Shown in pieces: positions 29,493 through 40,010 of a stretch of 64,000 nt of DNA. The notes below the pieces were generated by a model. The model did no database searches. It had not been told where the DNA came from and saw only the letters and a program-made list of their open reading frames with translations. The stretch spans positions 31,397 through 95,396 of the IMG/VR virus record IMGVR_UViG_3300003690_000024. One strand, 5' to 3'. The position numbers and the translations under genes were made by a program. Source of the stretch: a virus. Within the stretch, counting starts at the first letter, position 1, and each line of letters begins with the position of its first letter.

Positions 29493-32411
29493 ATGTCTGT
29501 TTCTGCTGGCCCATACAAAGGAATTCTTCCATTTCTTAATATAGAGTCCTTCGCCGTGGCCGAGACCGCTGTCGGGCTAATTCTTTCCAACGAAATAGCC
29601 ATGACCTCAACTACTCCGGCAAAAACAATTACTTTTGGCAATTTTATTTTCTTATCGTCAAATAAAGAAATTATTGAAGGTTTAAATGTGGATGATGCCG
29701 CGCTCAAAGACAAGATTCTGAGCGGCACGGCGACGGGACAGAATAATGTTTATTATTTTACTTTGGATACCAAAACTGATTTTAGATATAAGATAAACAT
29801 TCAGAGAGACCATGGTATAGATGTAGTGCAGCACAAGCACACGCAAGTCTATCATATGGATTTGAGCCCGTCTTCGACACAAGACCTTTATGTTTTGGTG
29901 GCATCCTTTGCGAACAATGGTAATAACAACATTACCCTTGGGAACGTCCTAAAGGAAACAATTTTAATAGCTGGAAGGCCTCCTTTAGAGAGCTATTTAT
30001 ATAAAATGACGACCACACAAGACCATTACGGCGAAAAAGATAGTATTTGGCCCGGCGCCGTCCATCGAATCCTCCAATCGTCGATGGCGGGCCGCTATCA
30101 TACGGGGGAGCCGCATCCTATTTTATCTGCTGATAAAGTTATCAACGTAAAGTCGAGAGATACTCGAATAATACATGTCGCAGCACAGGCAACCCCTCAA
30201 ATTATGGACCGTGTAGATATTTCGAATTTAAATCTGCCGGCCGTCACCCTCGGCGGCCTCGCGGCGGGACTCCTCGCCGGATCTATGGGGCACTTTTCTC
30301 CGCTTCATACATCGAGAGATCGCGATGGTGTGGTATATGGGTATTTTGCTTTTGATATACATGATTATTTCAAAGATAATTCATTATTTGGAAAATATAT
30401 TCAAAACTCTGCCGCACTCGCAGCATGTGTGGAACTGCTAGATATTCAGATATTTCGTAGCGCAACTAAAAAATTAGACATTCGAAGTAATAAATTAACA
30501 GCTGGGGGCACCCAGACCGGTCTTTGCAAGTTGAAGACACCGGGTGCCCACGAGACCATTATCCAGGTTGCTTCTTTAAACAGCGGTGTTGAAGTAATTA
30601 AAAGGTTTAATGATGGAGAAATAATTGGCATAGCATTTAGAGATGATAATGCCGTACAATATGCGACTACCGGCTTCCAATACCATGTGCGAGTGCTTTT
30701 GTCCGATAAAACAAAAGAGGTGTTTATGTTGATAGCGGAACAGATCGGTCAACTGGTTAGGGAGTGCGGGCCTGACGATGCCCCTATTTCAGCTTGTCAA
30801 AATTTGGTGAACTTTTACATGGCTAGTATTGAGTTTTTGAACGGAATAGACGGATTTGGGCCCTTTACTAGGCGAGAATGGCAAAAAAACTTATTAACAG
30901 CAGTCTCTTCGTTCTCAGGCGAACACGATCTGGCCGCCCAGGCGTATGGCCTCTACGGCGAGAAAGAATATATAGTTAATTCGTTGATCCGGGCGTATGG
31001 CCTCGCGATTAGGAGTATTCTTCAATCCAATAGAGAAGGCACTAAGTCAGCAGTTGCCGATTTTCATTCTTCTATCTACCGCTCCAAGAACTTTCGCCCA
31101 TTGATGGCCATAGCGGATCTAAATGGTGGTATTGAACTCGGCACTTCCAGCGGTACGGGGCTCAATTATATCGATGATTATCTTAGCAATACGGGAGCGG
31201 TCATCCCCTCGATAACTTACCAAAGAATGCAGCAAAGAGTTTTAGCCGAAGAAACAAAATATCCTGAAGCAACTGAAAATGCACAAACTACAAATTCGTT
31301 TGGCTACCTCACCCCAACATCAGTGGCTCTAGGCAACAATCCTCCTATCGACACTACAAGTCAAAACATTGATCTAGGAGACGACCAGGCTCTATTTGCG
31401 AATCAGGGCGCCCCGGGGCCCTGGGACATGGGGCACTCTTCCTACGAAAATAGTAATGCCGCAGTTATAAATTCTGTGGGTATTTCTATAACTGCGTTGC
31501 CGGTTAGCCTGAATAGACTAGTCGCGGCCTCAGAACTAGTAGAACCTCAGACTACTCCTAGTTCACAAATTTTAGGCGAGAATGCGTCTGCTTTTAATAC
31601 GGACAATTCTACCGAGCAAACAGCCAACAGCGGATCGGACGAGAGCATTATTAATGTGCACCTAACCCAGGAAGGAGCTTTCTCCGGCTATGGGAGTGCC
31701 CTCGCGGCTCAGCTTTTAGGTGATGAGTTTAACAACTGGTCTCAGGCTACGCCGCCGCCTGTTGGTTTAAATTATATGGATAAGGGTTCTCTTGCGGCAA
31801 ACACACCGGCTGCGAATCAGATTCCCACAGAACCAATTCTGGGTGTACTTAATTTTGGGTCACAAGTAAGGGTGGAATATCTTTCTTCTTATGGGGTTCA
31901 AAGTGGTATTGGGGCAGAAAATTGGTCTATCTTAACCGATGTGATCTTTAGCGATGCTCGAACAAATAGTGAACTGCTTATTTGTCGACTTGTTAAGATC
32001 GAGGAGGTCCGCTACGGTACCTTCTCGAATCCAATTTTTACTCCCTTGACGACTCTTTTTATTATAGGGCCCCTTGGGAGGATAAGAATAGAAGGGAAAT
32101 ATGGTCCTCTGCTGAGTAGCTATATAGAGCAAAACTCTATATATCTGACTGAATTTCAGGGGTTTGCTAACGCATATAGGAACGAGGTCTTTTATTCCCA
32201 AACAGTTCCAATGCATGTGGAATCGTTGAATGCTGCAGCTGAATTTACCAGTACTCCTTCTGCGCCCGAAATACCACCCGGGGCCCCTAGCTTTACCCCA
32301 AGTATTCCGTCATTCGACTACGCAGCCGAGTTCGAGGAGAGGCGTCAAGCCGAGGGGGAGCGCCGTCGCCTGGAACGTGAGGCCAGTGGCAAGAGTACAG
32401 GCTATAAATAA
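29493..32411 (+). CDS. Hypothetical large structural protein (972 aa)
   Basis: Long ORF abutting neighbours in structural block. Confidence 0.65.
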   Translation: MSVSAGPYKGILPFLNIESFAVAETAVGLILSNEIAMTSTTPAKTITFGNFIFLSSNKEIIEGLNVDDAALKDKILSGTATGQNNVYYFTLDTKTDFRYKINIQRDHGIDVVQHKHTQVYHMDLSPSSTQDLYVLVASFANNGNNNITLGNVLKETILIAGRPPLESYLYKMTTTQDHYGEKDSIWPGAVHRILQSSMAGRYHTGEPHPILSADKVINVKSRDTRIIHVAAQATPQIMDRVDISNLNLPAVTLGGLAAGLLAGSMGHFSPLHTSRDRDGVVYGYFAFDIHDYFKDNSLFGKYIQNSAALAACVELLDIQIFRSATKKLDIRSNKLTAGGTQTGLCKLKTPGAHETIIQVASLNSGVEVIKRFNDGEIIGIAFRDDNAVQYATTGFQYHVRVLLSDKTKEVFMLIAEQIGQLVRECGPDDAPISACQNLVNFYMASIEFLNGIDGFGPFTRREWQKNLLTAVSSFSGEHDLAAQAYGLYGEKEYIVNSLIRAYGLAIRSILQSNREGTKSAVADFHSSIYRSKNFRPLMAIADLNGGIELGTSSGTGLNYIDDYLSNTGAVIPSITYQRMQQRVLAEETKYPEATENAQTTNSFGYLTPTSVALGNNPPIDTTSQNIDLGDDQALFANQGAPGPWDMGHSSYENSNAAVINSVGISITALPVSLNRLVAASELVEPQTTPSSQILGENASAFNTDNSTEQTANSGSDESIINVHLTQEGAFSGYGSALAAQLLGDEFNNWSQATPPPVGLNYMDKGSLAANTPAANQIPTEPILGVLNFGSQVRVEYLSSYGVQSGIGAENWSILTDVIFSDARTNSELLICRLVKIEEVRYGTFSNPIFTPLTTLFIIGPLGRIRIEGKYGPLLSSYIEQNSIYLTEFQGFANAYRNEVFYSQTVPMHVESLNAAAEFTSTPSAPEIPPGAPSFTPSIPSFDYAAEFEERRQAEGERRRLEREASGKSTGYK

Positions 32412-32414
32412 AAC

Positions 32415-35288
32415 ATGGCTATAATATATAAAAACTACCAAGATCGAATTCAATTGGTGAACTCCAACTTGGTTGGGAAAAAAGAGAGAAAGGATTGCGA
32501 AGGCACCGCCCAGGTCGCCACCTGCTGGCACCCCGCAGCCAAAAATGATTGGGGAATTGTGGACAGGATTCGTGGTTGTTTGGGCCGCTATCTAACTGTA
32601 TACAGCAGCTCCGGTTATGCATACCACGGCCTCACCGCCGAGATTCTTATAAATTATTCTGGGTATATTAGCTCAAACGCCCGCGGCGCCTCCCTAAACA
32701 CCGGTGCGCATGATACAGATATAGGGCGCCTCCGAAGGCAGCTGACAAATATAGTTCTAGATTATGAGATTGATCCCACGGAGTACCCACGACCACCGGT
32801 GCTGAGTCTGAACGGCGCCGGGTCGCACCCCCTGCCGCGGCAGAATATGTATATATTCGCCCTCCCTGAAAAGTGGAATGCATGGCAGAATAAAGCCCCC
32901 AGCGCCGAAGGGTGGCTTGGGTACGACACGTACCCCGCCGGCATCGTCGGGTCCTTCACGGATGAGCGGGTGAGAGTGTCGAACAACTTCGAGTCCTTCA
33001 TGAACTACACCATCAACGGCTTCGATCCTGACGGCAACAGCGGCGAATATTTCGGATTGATGAAAGAAGTTTTCGCCGGATGGGCAGGGTATGTGCAGGA
33101 CCACACCTCGATCTTCTATGGGCCCCCTCGATCTAAAGAAACTAGAGAAAAGTCAGGGTTACTTTTTGATCCTTCTCCAACCTATAATTTCTATGTACAA
33201 ACACGGGTAAGCTATGAAGGTGTTGTCGAAAATTCACAAGTTAAAGAATGGCATTTACCAAATGCTTACTATTTGCAGCACGAACTAAAGAACACAAGTA
33301 GTACTCTCTTGGCCCCGTACCACCTAGATGCTATAACCCTTGGACAGAATATTGATTATTTTGAGGTGACGACTGCGACGACTGTAACAGAAGCCAACAC
33401 GCGCTCTTATTATAATATGTATACCGATGGGTTGCAAAATCTTGTAGTGCAGCCCATCTATGCTGGTATTTTCCAAACAGCAAACAGCGCCCTGGAACTA
33501 AAAAATAAAAACTTTGCAGTTTTACATTCTGATTTAGACGCTTTAGCTAAAGGGGCTATTCACCTATCAACCATACCTTTTTATAATACTATTGCGATTG
33601 GCGCCTATCAAGATCAGATAACGGGATACGAGTCGGGTCGGAGCATTCTAAATGCGCTGTGGAATGATAAAGATACCAGAGATATGGTGGATTTGCTTCA
33701 GCTAACTGCGATACGTAAGTTGACCACGGACTCTCAGTCTGTGGCCACCGGCTCCTTCACTATTACTGAAAAGCGCCCCGAAGCTTCGCCGCGCGTGCAC
33801 GGCGATGGCACACATTATCCTTCTTACACTACTGATTTAGATGCAAGGCAGAAGGTCCTTTTTGATTTGAAGGGCATAATGTATGACCTACGGTCCTACG
33901 GCGGCCAGCCGGCCGTCGCCTTGGCTAATCTTATAAACAATCCTGCTGAACTATCAGGGATGCCCTTTAAGCTTATTCGGAACTATGACAGGGAAAATCT
34001 CAATGTAGACCCCCAGTCGGCTTCGAGAGCGATGGCTCGTATGTTCGATCCACCCCCGGTCTCGGGGTCGGCGGACCCGGCTAGTGTAGAGGCGGTCACG
34101 CGCCCTATAGAGGAAATCTATAACAATACTCATTGCCATACAGAAACTCTTTTGTACGTGATCCACAAGAGAAAAGTGTGGCCCCACACCAGTACGCCGG
34201 GCCCAATTGTTCAAACCTTTTATATTTCGCCGCGCCTTCATTCGTCTCTGCCTGCATATTTTTATGACTCACAGGTAAAATACAATCAAGGATATCGATA
34301 TGAGGTTTCTAAAGTGGTCTTGGTGTTCGGAAATTACTATACTTACGCGATGAACCAGTTCAATTGGATCACCCTGGGCTACCCGCAGTACTCTCCCTAC
34401 TTCAGCACGAGTAGAATGAGGACCAAGGCAGCCATAAATGTATTGAACTACGCCGATGTTAAAGCAATATTGGTTCCTCATGTATTGGGAGGACTTGATG
34501 CTGCTCCAATTATTGATAAGCCCCCGCGCGAACCAGAAATTTCATTTTATGCGTACAAAGGAATAAACGATAAACTCCTTATTCTTCTTAACGCTACGAC
34601 AGGAAGAACTGTTCAATCACCGGTTCAAATTCTTGAGGGAGACAAACAATATTTTGAAGAAGAATATTTCTCTCAAAGTGGCGTAGATCTTACATTTGAT
34701 GAAATAAAAACACAAGATAAAAAGATTATATTCAAGAGCGATGATCCTGTAGATAGGTACCAGTTGTTTAAGCTTCGTCGCGCGCCGATATCTTATGAGG
34801 ATTTCTCTGACAGCATACTCCCCGAAATAGACCCCGATTTTGGGGTGGGAGGAACTCTGGTAGACACCATTCAACCCAATATGAAATATTATTATTGCGC
34901 GAGATCGATTGATGTCCATGAAAATGTTTCAAATCCAACACATATATTTGAGATTGAAATAGTTGACAATAATGGGCAAATCTTTTTGAAACAAAAAGTA
35001 TTTAATTTTGAAAAAGCAGAAGAAAATTTTATAAAATCAGGAAGAAGGTTTATTTATATTGAGCCAGCATTACAACAAACCGTGCTTGATCTCGCTGGCT
35101 ATGGTTCAACATTGGGAACCCCTTCTCTTACGGTGGCGCCCCCCACAGCACTTCTCGGGGCTACTGAGCTCGCCGATCGGGTGTGGGGAAAGGGCTTTAA
35201 GATAAGGCTTACAAGCAAACAAACAGGAAGGAAACTAGATTTAAATATCAATTTTACAAATACCGGCAAGGTAAAACCAAGCGAATAA
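32415..35288 (+). CDS. Hypothetical large structural protein with FN3-like C-terminal region
   Basis: DTIQPNMKYYYCARSIDVHENVSNPT resembles FN3 F/G strands. Confidence 0.6.
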   Translation: MAIIYKNYQDRIQLVNSNLVGKKERKDCEGTAQVATCWHPAAKNDWGIVDRIRGCLGRYLTVYSSSGYAYHGLTAEILINYSGYISSNARGASLNTGAHDTDIGRLRRQLTNIVLDYEIDPTEYPRPPVLSLNGAGSHPLPRQNMYIFALPEKWNAWQNKAPSAEGWLGYDTYPAGIVGSFTDERVRVSNNFESFMNYTINGFDPDGNSGEYFGLMKEVFAGWAGYVQDHTSIFYGPPRSKETREKSGLLFDPSPTYNFYVQTRVSYEGVVENSQVKEWHLPNAYYLQHELKNTSSTLLAPYHLDAITLGQNIDYFEVTTATTVTEANTRSYYNMYTDGLQNLVVQPIYAGIFQTANSALELKNKNFAVLHSDLDALAKGAIHLSTIPFYNTIAIGAYQDQITGYESGRSILNALWNDKDTRDMVDLLQLTAIRKLTTDSQSVATGSFTITEKRPEASPRVHGDGTHYPSYTTDLDARQKVLFDLKGIMYDLRSYGGQPAVALANLINNPAELSGMPFKLIRNYDRENLNVDPQSASRAMARMFDPPPVSGSADPASVEAVTRPIEEIYNNTHCHTETLLYVIHKRKVWPHTSTPGPIVQTFYISPRLHSSLPAYFYDSQVKYNQGYRYEVSKVVLVFGNYYTYAMNQFNWITLGYPQYSPYFSTSRMRTKAAINVLNYADVKAILVPHVLGGLDAAPIIDKPPREPEISFYAYKGINDKLLILLNATTGRTVQSPVQILEGDKQYFEEEYFSQSGVDLTFDEIKTQDKKIIFKSDDPVDRYQLFKLRRAPISYEDFSDSILPEIDPDFGVGGTLVDTIQPNMKYYYCARSIDVHENVSNPTHIFEIEIVDNNGQIFLKQKVFNFEKAEENFIKSGRRFIYIEPALQQTVLDLAGYGSTLGTPSLTVAPPTALLGATELADRVWGKGFKIRLTSKQTGRKLDLNINFTNTGKVKPSE

Positions 35289-35300
35289 AGATATTTAGGA

Positions 35301-35307
35301 CTATTTA
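35301..35307 (+). promoter_or_regulatory. Candidate late promoter CTATTTA (representative copy)
   Basis: Intergenic, 18 bp before ATG 35326; related copies recur before many structural genes. Confidence 0.55.
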
Positions 35308-35325
35308 TAAGAAGAGGATACAGAT

Positions 35326-36255
35326 ATGGGATTTTTAGATAATTCTGGCGACATTATTTTGGACGCTGTTTTAACCGACCTAGGCAGAAAAAGACTGGCG
35401 GAAGGTAACTTTAACATCACGAAGTTTGCATTAGGCGACGACGAGATTGACTATGGTTTATATGATAAAAACCACCCTAGTGGATCTGCATACTACGACT
35501 TAGAGATTCTTCAGAGTCCCGTCTTAGAGGCTTTCACAAATAACATGTCGAGTATGAAATCTCGACTAATCTCGTATACCTCTAATGACCTCTTATATCT
35601 TCCTATTATTGAACTAAACGAAACCGTGTCTCCATTGGAGTCTAATTCTAATTCTTATGTGATTCCCGTGGATTTGGAAACATATAATGCCCTAACGACG
35701 AATGGCACACTGGCCCTTGCAAACGGGTTTCTCAATGGAAACGAGCCGCTCGGTAGCGCGGGTTCCTCGAACTCCATCCGCGCAGACCAGGGACTGGATA
35801 CCACAGAGTTATCTCCGAGAGATACGGTCAATCCCATTCTTCTTGAGACTCAGTATTTTGTACAGTTTGATAATCGTTTCGGCACAGTCTGTAGTCCTTC
35901 GACAGTGCTAACGCCGGTTTCGATCGATGATGATAACATCGCCACATACATCGTTACATTTGAAGGACAGGGAGCGACTGCCGACGCGGTGCTACAGATC
36001 GGTGTTGACTCGTACAACACCTCGATCTCGGGTCCCGCCGGCACGATGGTACTGCTCAAGATTGCATCAAGCCTAGATCTAAAAACGAGTACATTCTTGT
36101 TTAATCAGCTCGGATCCGACGCGTCGTTAGCCCTCGCGGGGCCCACTACTTTGGCAGCTGCAGACTATAAGTTTATCGATACTACATTAAGGATTTCCGG
36201 CGTTACAACCGGATATACACTTGATATTCCGATAAGACTTGTGAAGAAGATGTAG
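35326..36255 (+). CDS. Putative tail/baseplate structural protein
   Basis: MGFLDNSGDIILDAVLTDLGRKRLA..ITKFALGDDEIDY; candidate late motif and AGAGGA SD upstream. Confidence 0.7.
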   Translation: MGFLDNSGDIILDAVLTDLGRKRLAEGNFNITKFALGDDEIDYGLYDKNHPSGSAYYDLEILQSPVLEAFTNNMSSMKSRLISYTSNDLLYLPIIELNETVSPLESNSNSYVIPVDLETYNALTTNGTLALANGFLNGNEPLGSAGSSNSIRADQGLDTTELSPRDTVNPILLETQYFVQFDNRFGTVCSPSTVLTPVSIDDDNIATYIVTFEGQGATADAVLQIGVDSYNTSISGPAGTMVLLKIASSLDLKTSTFLFNQLGSDASLALAGPTTLAAADYKFIDTTLRISGVTTGYTLDIPIRLVKKM

Positions 36256-36266
36256 AAGGAATAATC

Positions 36267-37293
36267 ATGGCACAAAATAATACACCCAGCTCATTTAAAG
36301 CACTTACAGCCAACGACGCGGTTTTAACACGAAATTTATTGCATGAAGCAATTCCAATAACGGGCTCGATACTCTCCGGCACCTACTCAGATGAAAATAT
36401 TAAGACGTATAGTCATGGTATGTTTGAATCAGTTTATGATTATCCCTATTTAAGTTCTTCTGCCAATCACATTTTGGATCTCACATGTGGATATAGCGCA
36501 ACATCTGGCTTGTCGGGCTCTACCAATAACCAGAACTCAAAGAAAATCAATATTTATAATCAGATGTCCCAAGTTCTGGTGGGCTTCGACGCGAATTCTG
36601 CTATCCGGCAGTTTGATCAAGATGGCGATCTTTCTACGGGTACAAAAGATCGTCAGTCCTTTTTTATCAATTTTGCTCGCCTTTTGAGTAAGGATGAGAT
36701 TAAAAAAGGAAGTTTTACGCTCCAGTTGGGCTGCCAAGAAGCATACACTACTCCGTTCGCAAAGATGGTAATCATTACAGACTATAGCGGTACCGACGGA
36801 TATAAAGTCACCTCGCCGGCTGGGTGTCGCGTGTGGCCTGATTTATTATCAGGCTGGCATTGCAGTGATTACGTCTTCAATTTTCTTAGGAACAGCATCT
36901 AATGGTGGCCTTTTGGCGGTATCGTCTTTGTTTAATCCCACATTAAACTCCAATGTCACTGCAAGTCTGACGGCCTCGACAATTACGGTAAATAGTGATA
37001 AGTTCCGCCACAGAATATATAACCTCTCTTTCAACAACACAACAGAGTTGAACTCTTCGGTATATTTCTGCCGCGCACACAACACCGACTTCAATTATTC
37101 GGCAAATCCTACTTATTTGAGTAGCAGCAAAATGGTGGTCAAAAACAATTCGCAGGACGCGCCAGTCTCCTTTGTTACGACAATCGGGTTGTATTCCCCA
37201 GATAATGAGTTACTTGCTGTAGCAAAATTATCGGAACCTCTTAAGAAAGACCCAACCACGGAGTTCACTCTTAGAGTAAGGTTGGACTACTAG
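36267..37293 (+). CDS. Putative tail structural protein, apparently frameshifted near 36822 (ORFs 36267-36902 and 36865-37293)
   Basis: Second frame reads CGLIYYQAGIAVITSS upstream of 36865, matching IGFALYDEGFIVLT of the paralogue at 37312; C-terminal VTTIGLYSPDNELLAVAKLSEP. Confidence 0.7.
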
Positions 37294-37311
37294 TGTTGCC
37301 ATGGATACGGT

Positions 37312-38553
37312 ATGCCTTACTACAAATTCAATAGTAATGATGTATACATCAATACATTAAAAACCAATCCAAGTCTTAAGTTTGTAGTTTACAGCGGCTC
37401 CTCTTTTTATAATAACGCACCAAACATTTCTGGTGCTTTTGCTGATCCAGTTCGCTTGACTGATTCTGGCCACATTTCGTTGTATGAACTAAACATTGAC
37501 CGTCAAAGTGCCAACACGGGACGTACCATTGGTCCCTCATCGTTACCAGATCAAACCATTAACGATAACGGGCTAATTTATTCTTGGGTCGTTAAGAACT
37601 CATCAAGAATTGGATTCCGCACCACATCTCAGCCTGCTTTTAGTTCCAATAATTTCGGTGATGTGATGTCAAGTTCTTATCCGTATACTTCTAGTATTTC
37701 TAAAGAGTATTATACTACCACTACTCCTCGCAGCGCTTCATCTAATGTTTCTCATCTTTTAGCTTTAAAGAATACTATCAACTACTATCGTTATAAAGAC
37801 CCCAATTTTACATATGGAGCCTATGGCCCTGTGACGAGAAGTCTTGACTCAGTGGAGGTTGGTTTGATTTCGATACCCACTATTTTTTATGGATCTACGA
37901 TTCAAAAGGGAACCATAGATTTAAACTATTATATAACAGGAACTCTCTGCGCCCGGGCCAAAGATTCTAATCAAGACGGGCTATTGTATGAAACATATAA
38001 TACAAACGGAACGGAGACGGGGAGTCTAATTGGGTTTGCCCTCTACGATGAAGGCTTTATCGTTTTAACGGCCTCTTATAATTTATCGGACCGCGTGGAC
38101 TATTATACCACGGCCGTAACCACAGATCCCGCGACTGAAAATCCTAAATGGGTGTACTTTGCTCAGTCGATATCTGGCGCAGTAACCGCACCTAGTTCGT
38201 CTTTTATTCTGGCTATGAGCGGAACAAACAAAATTCAAACCATGACAATGTTTGCTACGGCTCCAAAGGGAGAACTTAATCAATCAAGCAATCCAACTTT
38301 TGCACAGTATCTCACCTCCTCGACAGCTATGACAAGCTCAAAGCAATATACACAAACTTCGAAGCGACTTGTTAAAAATATAGTGAGTTCATCTTATCAC
38401 CACCCCACAGCCTCGTTTGAGAAGACTACTTATATTTCTAAGGTAGGGATTTACGACAAAGATAGGAACCTTATTGGGATCGCTAAAATGGCCACACCGA
38501 TTCGTAAAACGGTTGAGAGAGATTTTACCTTTAAAATTAAGCTCGATCTTTGA
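37312..38553 (+). CDS. Putative tail structural protein, paralogue of preceding gene
   Basis: IQKGT, YDEGFIVLT, SSNPT, YISKVGIYDKDRNLIGIAKMATP..K..E.DFTFKIKLDL. Confidence 0.7.
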   Translation: MPYYKFNSNDVYINTLKTNPSLKFVVYSGSSFYNNAPNISGAFADPVRLTDSGHISLYELNIDRQSANTGRTIGPSSLPDQTINDNGLIYSWVVKNSSRIGFRTTSQPAFSSNNFGDVMSSSYPYTSSISKEYYTTTTPRSASSNVSHLLALKNTINYYRYKDPNFTYGAYGPVTRSLDSVEVGLISIPTIFYGSTIQKGTIDLNYYITGTLCARAKDSNQDGLLYETYNTNGTETGSLIGFALYDEGFIVLTASYNLSDRVDYYTTAVTTDPATENPKWVYFAQSISGAVTAPSSSFILAMSGTNKIQTMTMFATAPKGELNQSSNPTFAQYLTSSTAMTSSKQYTQTSKRLVKNIVSSSYHHPTASFEKTTYISKVGIYDKDRNLIGIAKMATPIRKTVERDFTFKIKLDL

Positions 38554-38565
38554 TAAAATAGCAGA

Positions 38566-39099
38566 ATGATCTTAGGGCTCGATATCTCCACCAGTATAAC
38601 TGGTTATACCATATTAGATTATGAAGGCAATATTCTTATCTGTGATCATATTGATTTACGCAAAGAAAAGAACTTCTTTTTGAAGGGCGCCCAAATTGAG
38701 GAGACATTGAATAAAATTAGGTCTCTATATTTTATAGAACAAGTGTATATTGAGCAGTCACTTCAATCATTTCGTTCAGGATTCTCGTCAGCACAAACGC
38801 TTTCGCTATTATCAAAAATTAATGGTATTGTATCGTGGATATGTTATAATATCTTTGGAAGCGAGCCTCAATATCTAGGCGCCTCTTCGGCTCGTAAATT
38901 ATGCGGCATTAAAGTTCCTAAGGGACAAAAGGCAAAAGCGGTCTCAATGCAGTTTGTTATTGACAACGTGGCTAGCTTTAATGTACAATATACGAAACAT
39001 GGTAATCCAAAGCCCGGTTATACTGATCGGTCGGATAGTTATGTTATCGCACGGGCCGGCTGGATAAATGAAAGACAAAAAACTCAAAATATTGACTAA
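38566..39099 (+). CDS. RuvC-like Holliday junction resolvase
   Basis: ILGLDISTSITGY, VYIEQ, DRSDSYVIA acidic catalytic pattern. Confidence 0.8.
   Translation: MILGLDISTSITGYTILDYEGNILICDHIDLRKEKNFFLKGAQIEETLNKIRSLYFIEQVYIEQSLQSFRSGFSSAQTLSLLSKINGIVSWICYNIFGSEPQYLGASSARKLCGIKVPKGQKAKAVSMQFVIDNVASFNVQYTKHGNPKPGYTDRSDSYVIARAGWINERQKTQNID
38960..38989 (+). promoter_or_regulatory. Candidate sigma70-type promoter upstream of primase
   Basis: TTGACA-18 bp-TACAAT inside the RuvC-like gene, ~80 bp before primase ATG. Confidence 0.4.
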
Positions 39100-40003
39100 C
39101 ATATTGGGTTCCGCTTATCGGACTAATAATGAGTTTCTTTTCAAGTGCCCCTACTGCGATCATCACAAGCGTAAATTCTCAGTAAACCTCGATAAAGGTT
39201 ACTATAAGTGTTGGGTCTGTGATACGCGCGGTAAGAACTTGTATCGCGTTGTCCGCCGCTTTGGCACAAACTATGATAAAGCACAGTGGCGAGAGATTAC
39301 ATCGGAGATTGATTTCGATAGGCTCGAAGATTTGTTTGCCGAAAAAGTAGAAGAAAAACAAATACTTGAGATGCCTGAGGGGTTTGTATCCTTAGCAAAC
39401 AAGGAGGTGCCTCCGACTGGCTTTGCCGCGAGAAACTATCTCAGAAAGAGAGGCATTAGCAAGCAAGATATTGTTTGGTGGAAGATGGGCTATTGCAGCG
39501 GAGGGGAGTATGAGGGTAGAATTATTATTCCGTCATTTGATGAGGAGGGTGATTTGAACTATTTCGTTTCTCGATCTTATGACAAGGCATTCTATCCAAA
39601 ATATAAAAATCCTCCTGCAAGCAAGAACCTTATATTTAACGACCTATTTGTGGATTGGAGTTCGAATATTATTCTGGTCGAAGGCATATTTGATGCGATT
39701 ATTGCTGGCCGGAATGCGGTTCCTATCCTCGGCTCTACTTTAAATCAGCACTCAGTTTTGCTGCGTAAGATTATCAAAGAAGATGCTGGCGTTTATATTG
39801 CGCTTGACCCCGACGCCAAGAAGAAAGAGTTGGAGATTATTAAGACTTTGTTAGATTTTGATATTGAAGTATGGAAGGTTGATATTGGGGATAACGAGGA
39901 TGTTGGGGCAATGAATAAGGAACAATTCCAGAAATGCCTTGAAAATGCGACCCTTATAACTTCAGACAACTATTTATTGTTGACGCTTGTAATGTCAGTG
40001 TAG
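39068..40003 (+). CDS. dnaG: DNA primase (zinc-binding + TOPRIM; gp61/DnaG-like)
   Basis: CPYC..H....CWVC zinc domain; GRIIIP, PKYKNP, VEGIFDAI, LDPD. Confidence 0.9.
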   Translation: MKDKKLKILTNILGSAYRTNNEFLFKCPYCDHHKRKFSVNLDKGYYKCWVCDTRGKNLYRVVRRFGTNYDKAQWREITSEIDFDRLEDLFAEKVEEKQILEMPEGFVSLANKEVPPTGFAARNYLRKRGISKQDIVWWKMGYCSGGEYEGRIIIPSFDEEGDLNYFVSRSYDKAFYPKYKNPPASKNLIFNDLFVDWSSNIILVEGIFDAIIAGRNAVPILGSTLNQHSVLLRKIIKEDAGVYIALDPDAKKKELEIIKTLLDFDIEVWKVDIGDNEDVGAMNKEQFQKCLENATLITSDNYLLLTLVMSV

Positions 40004-40010
40004 AAAACCT

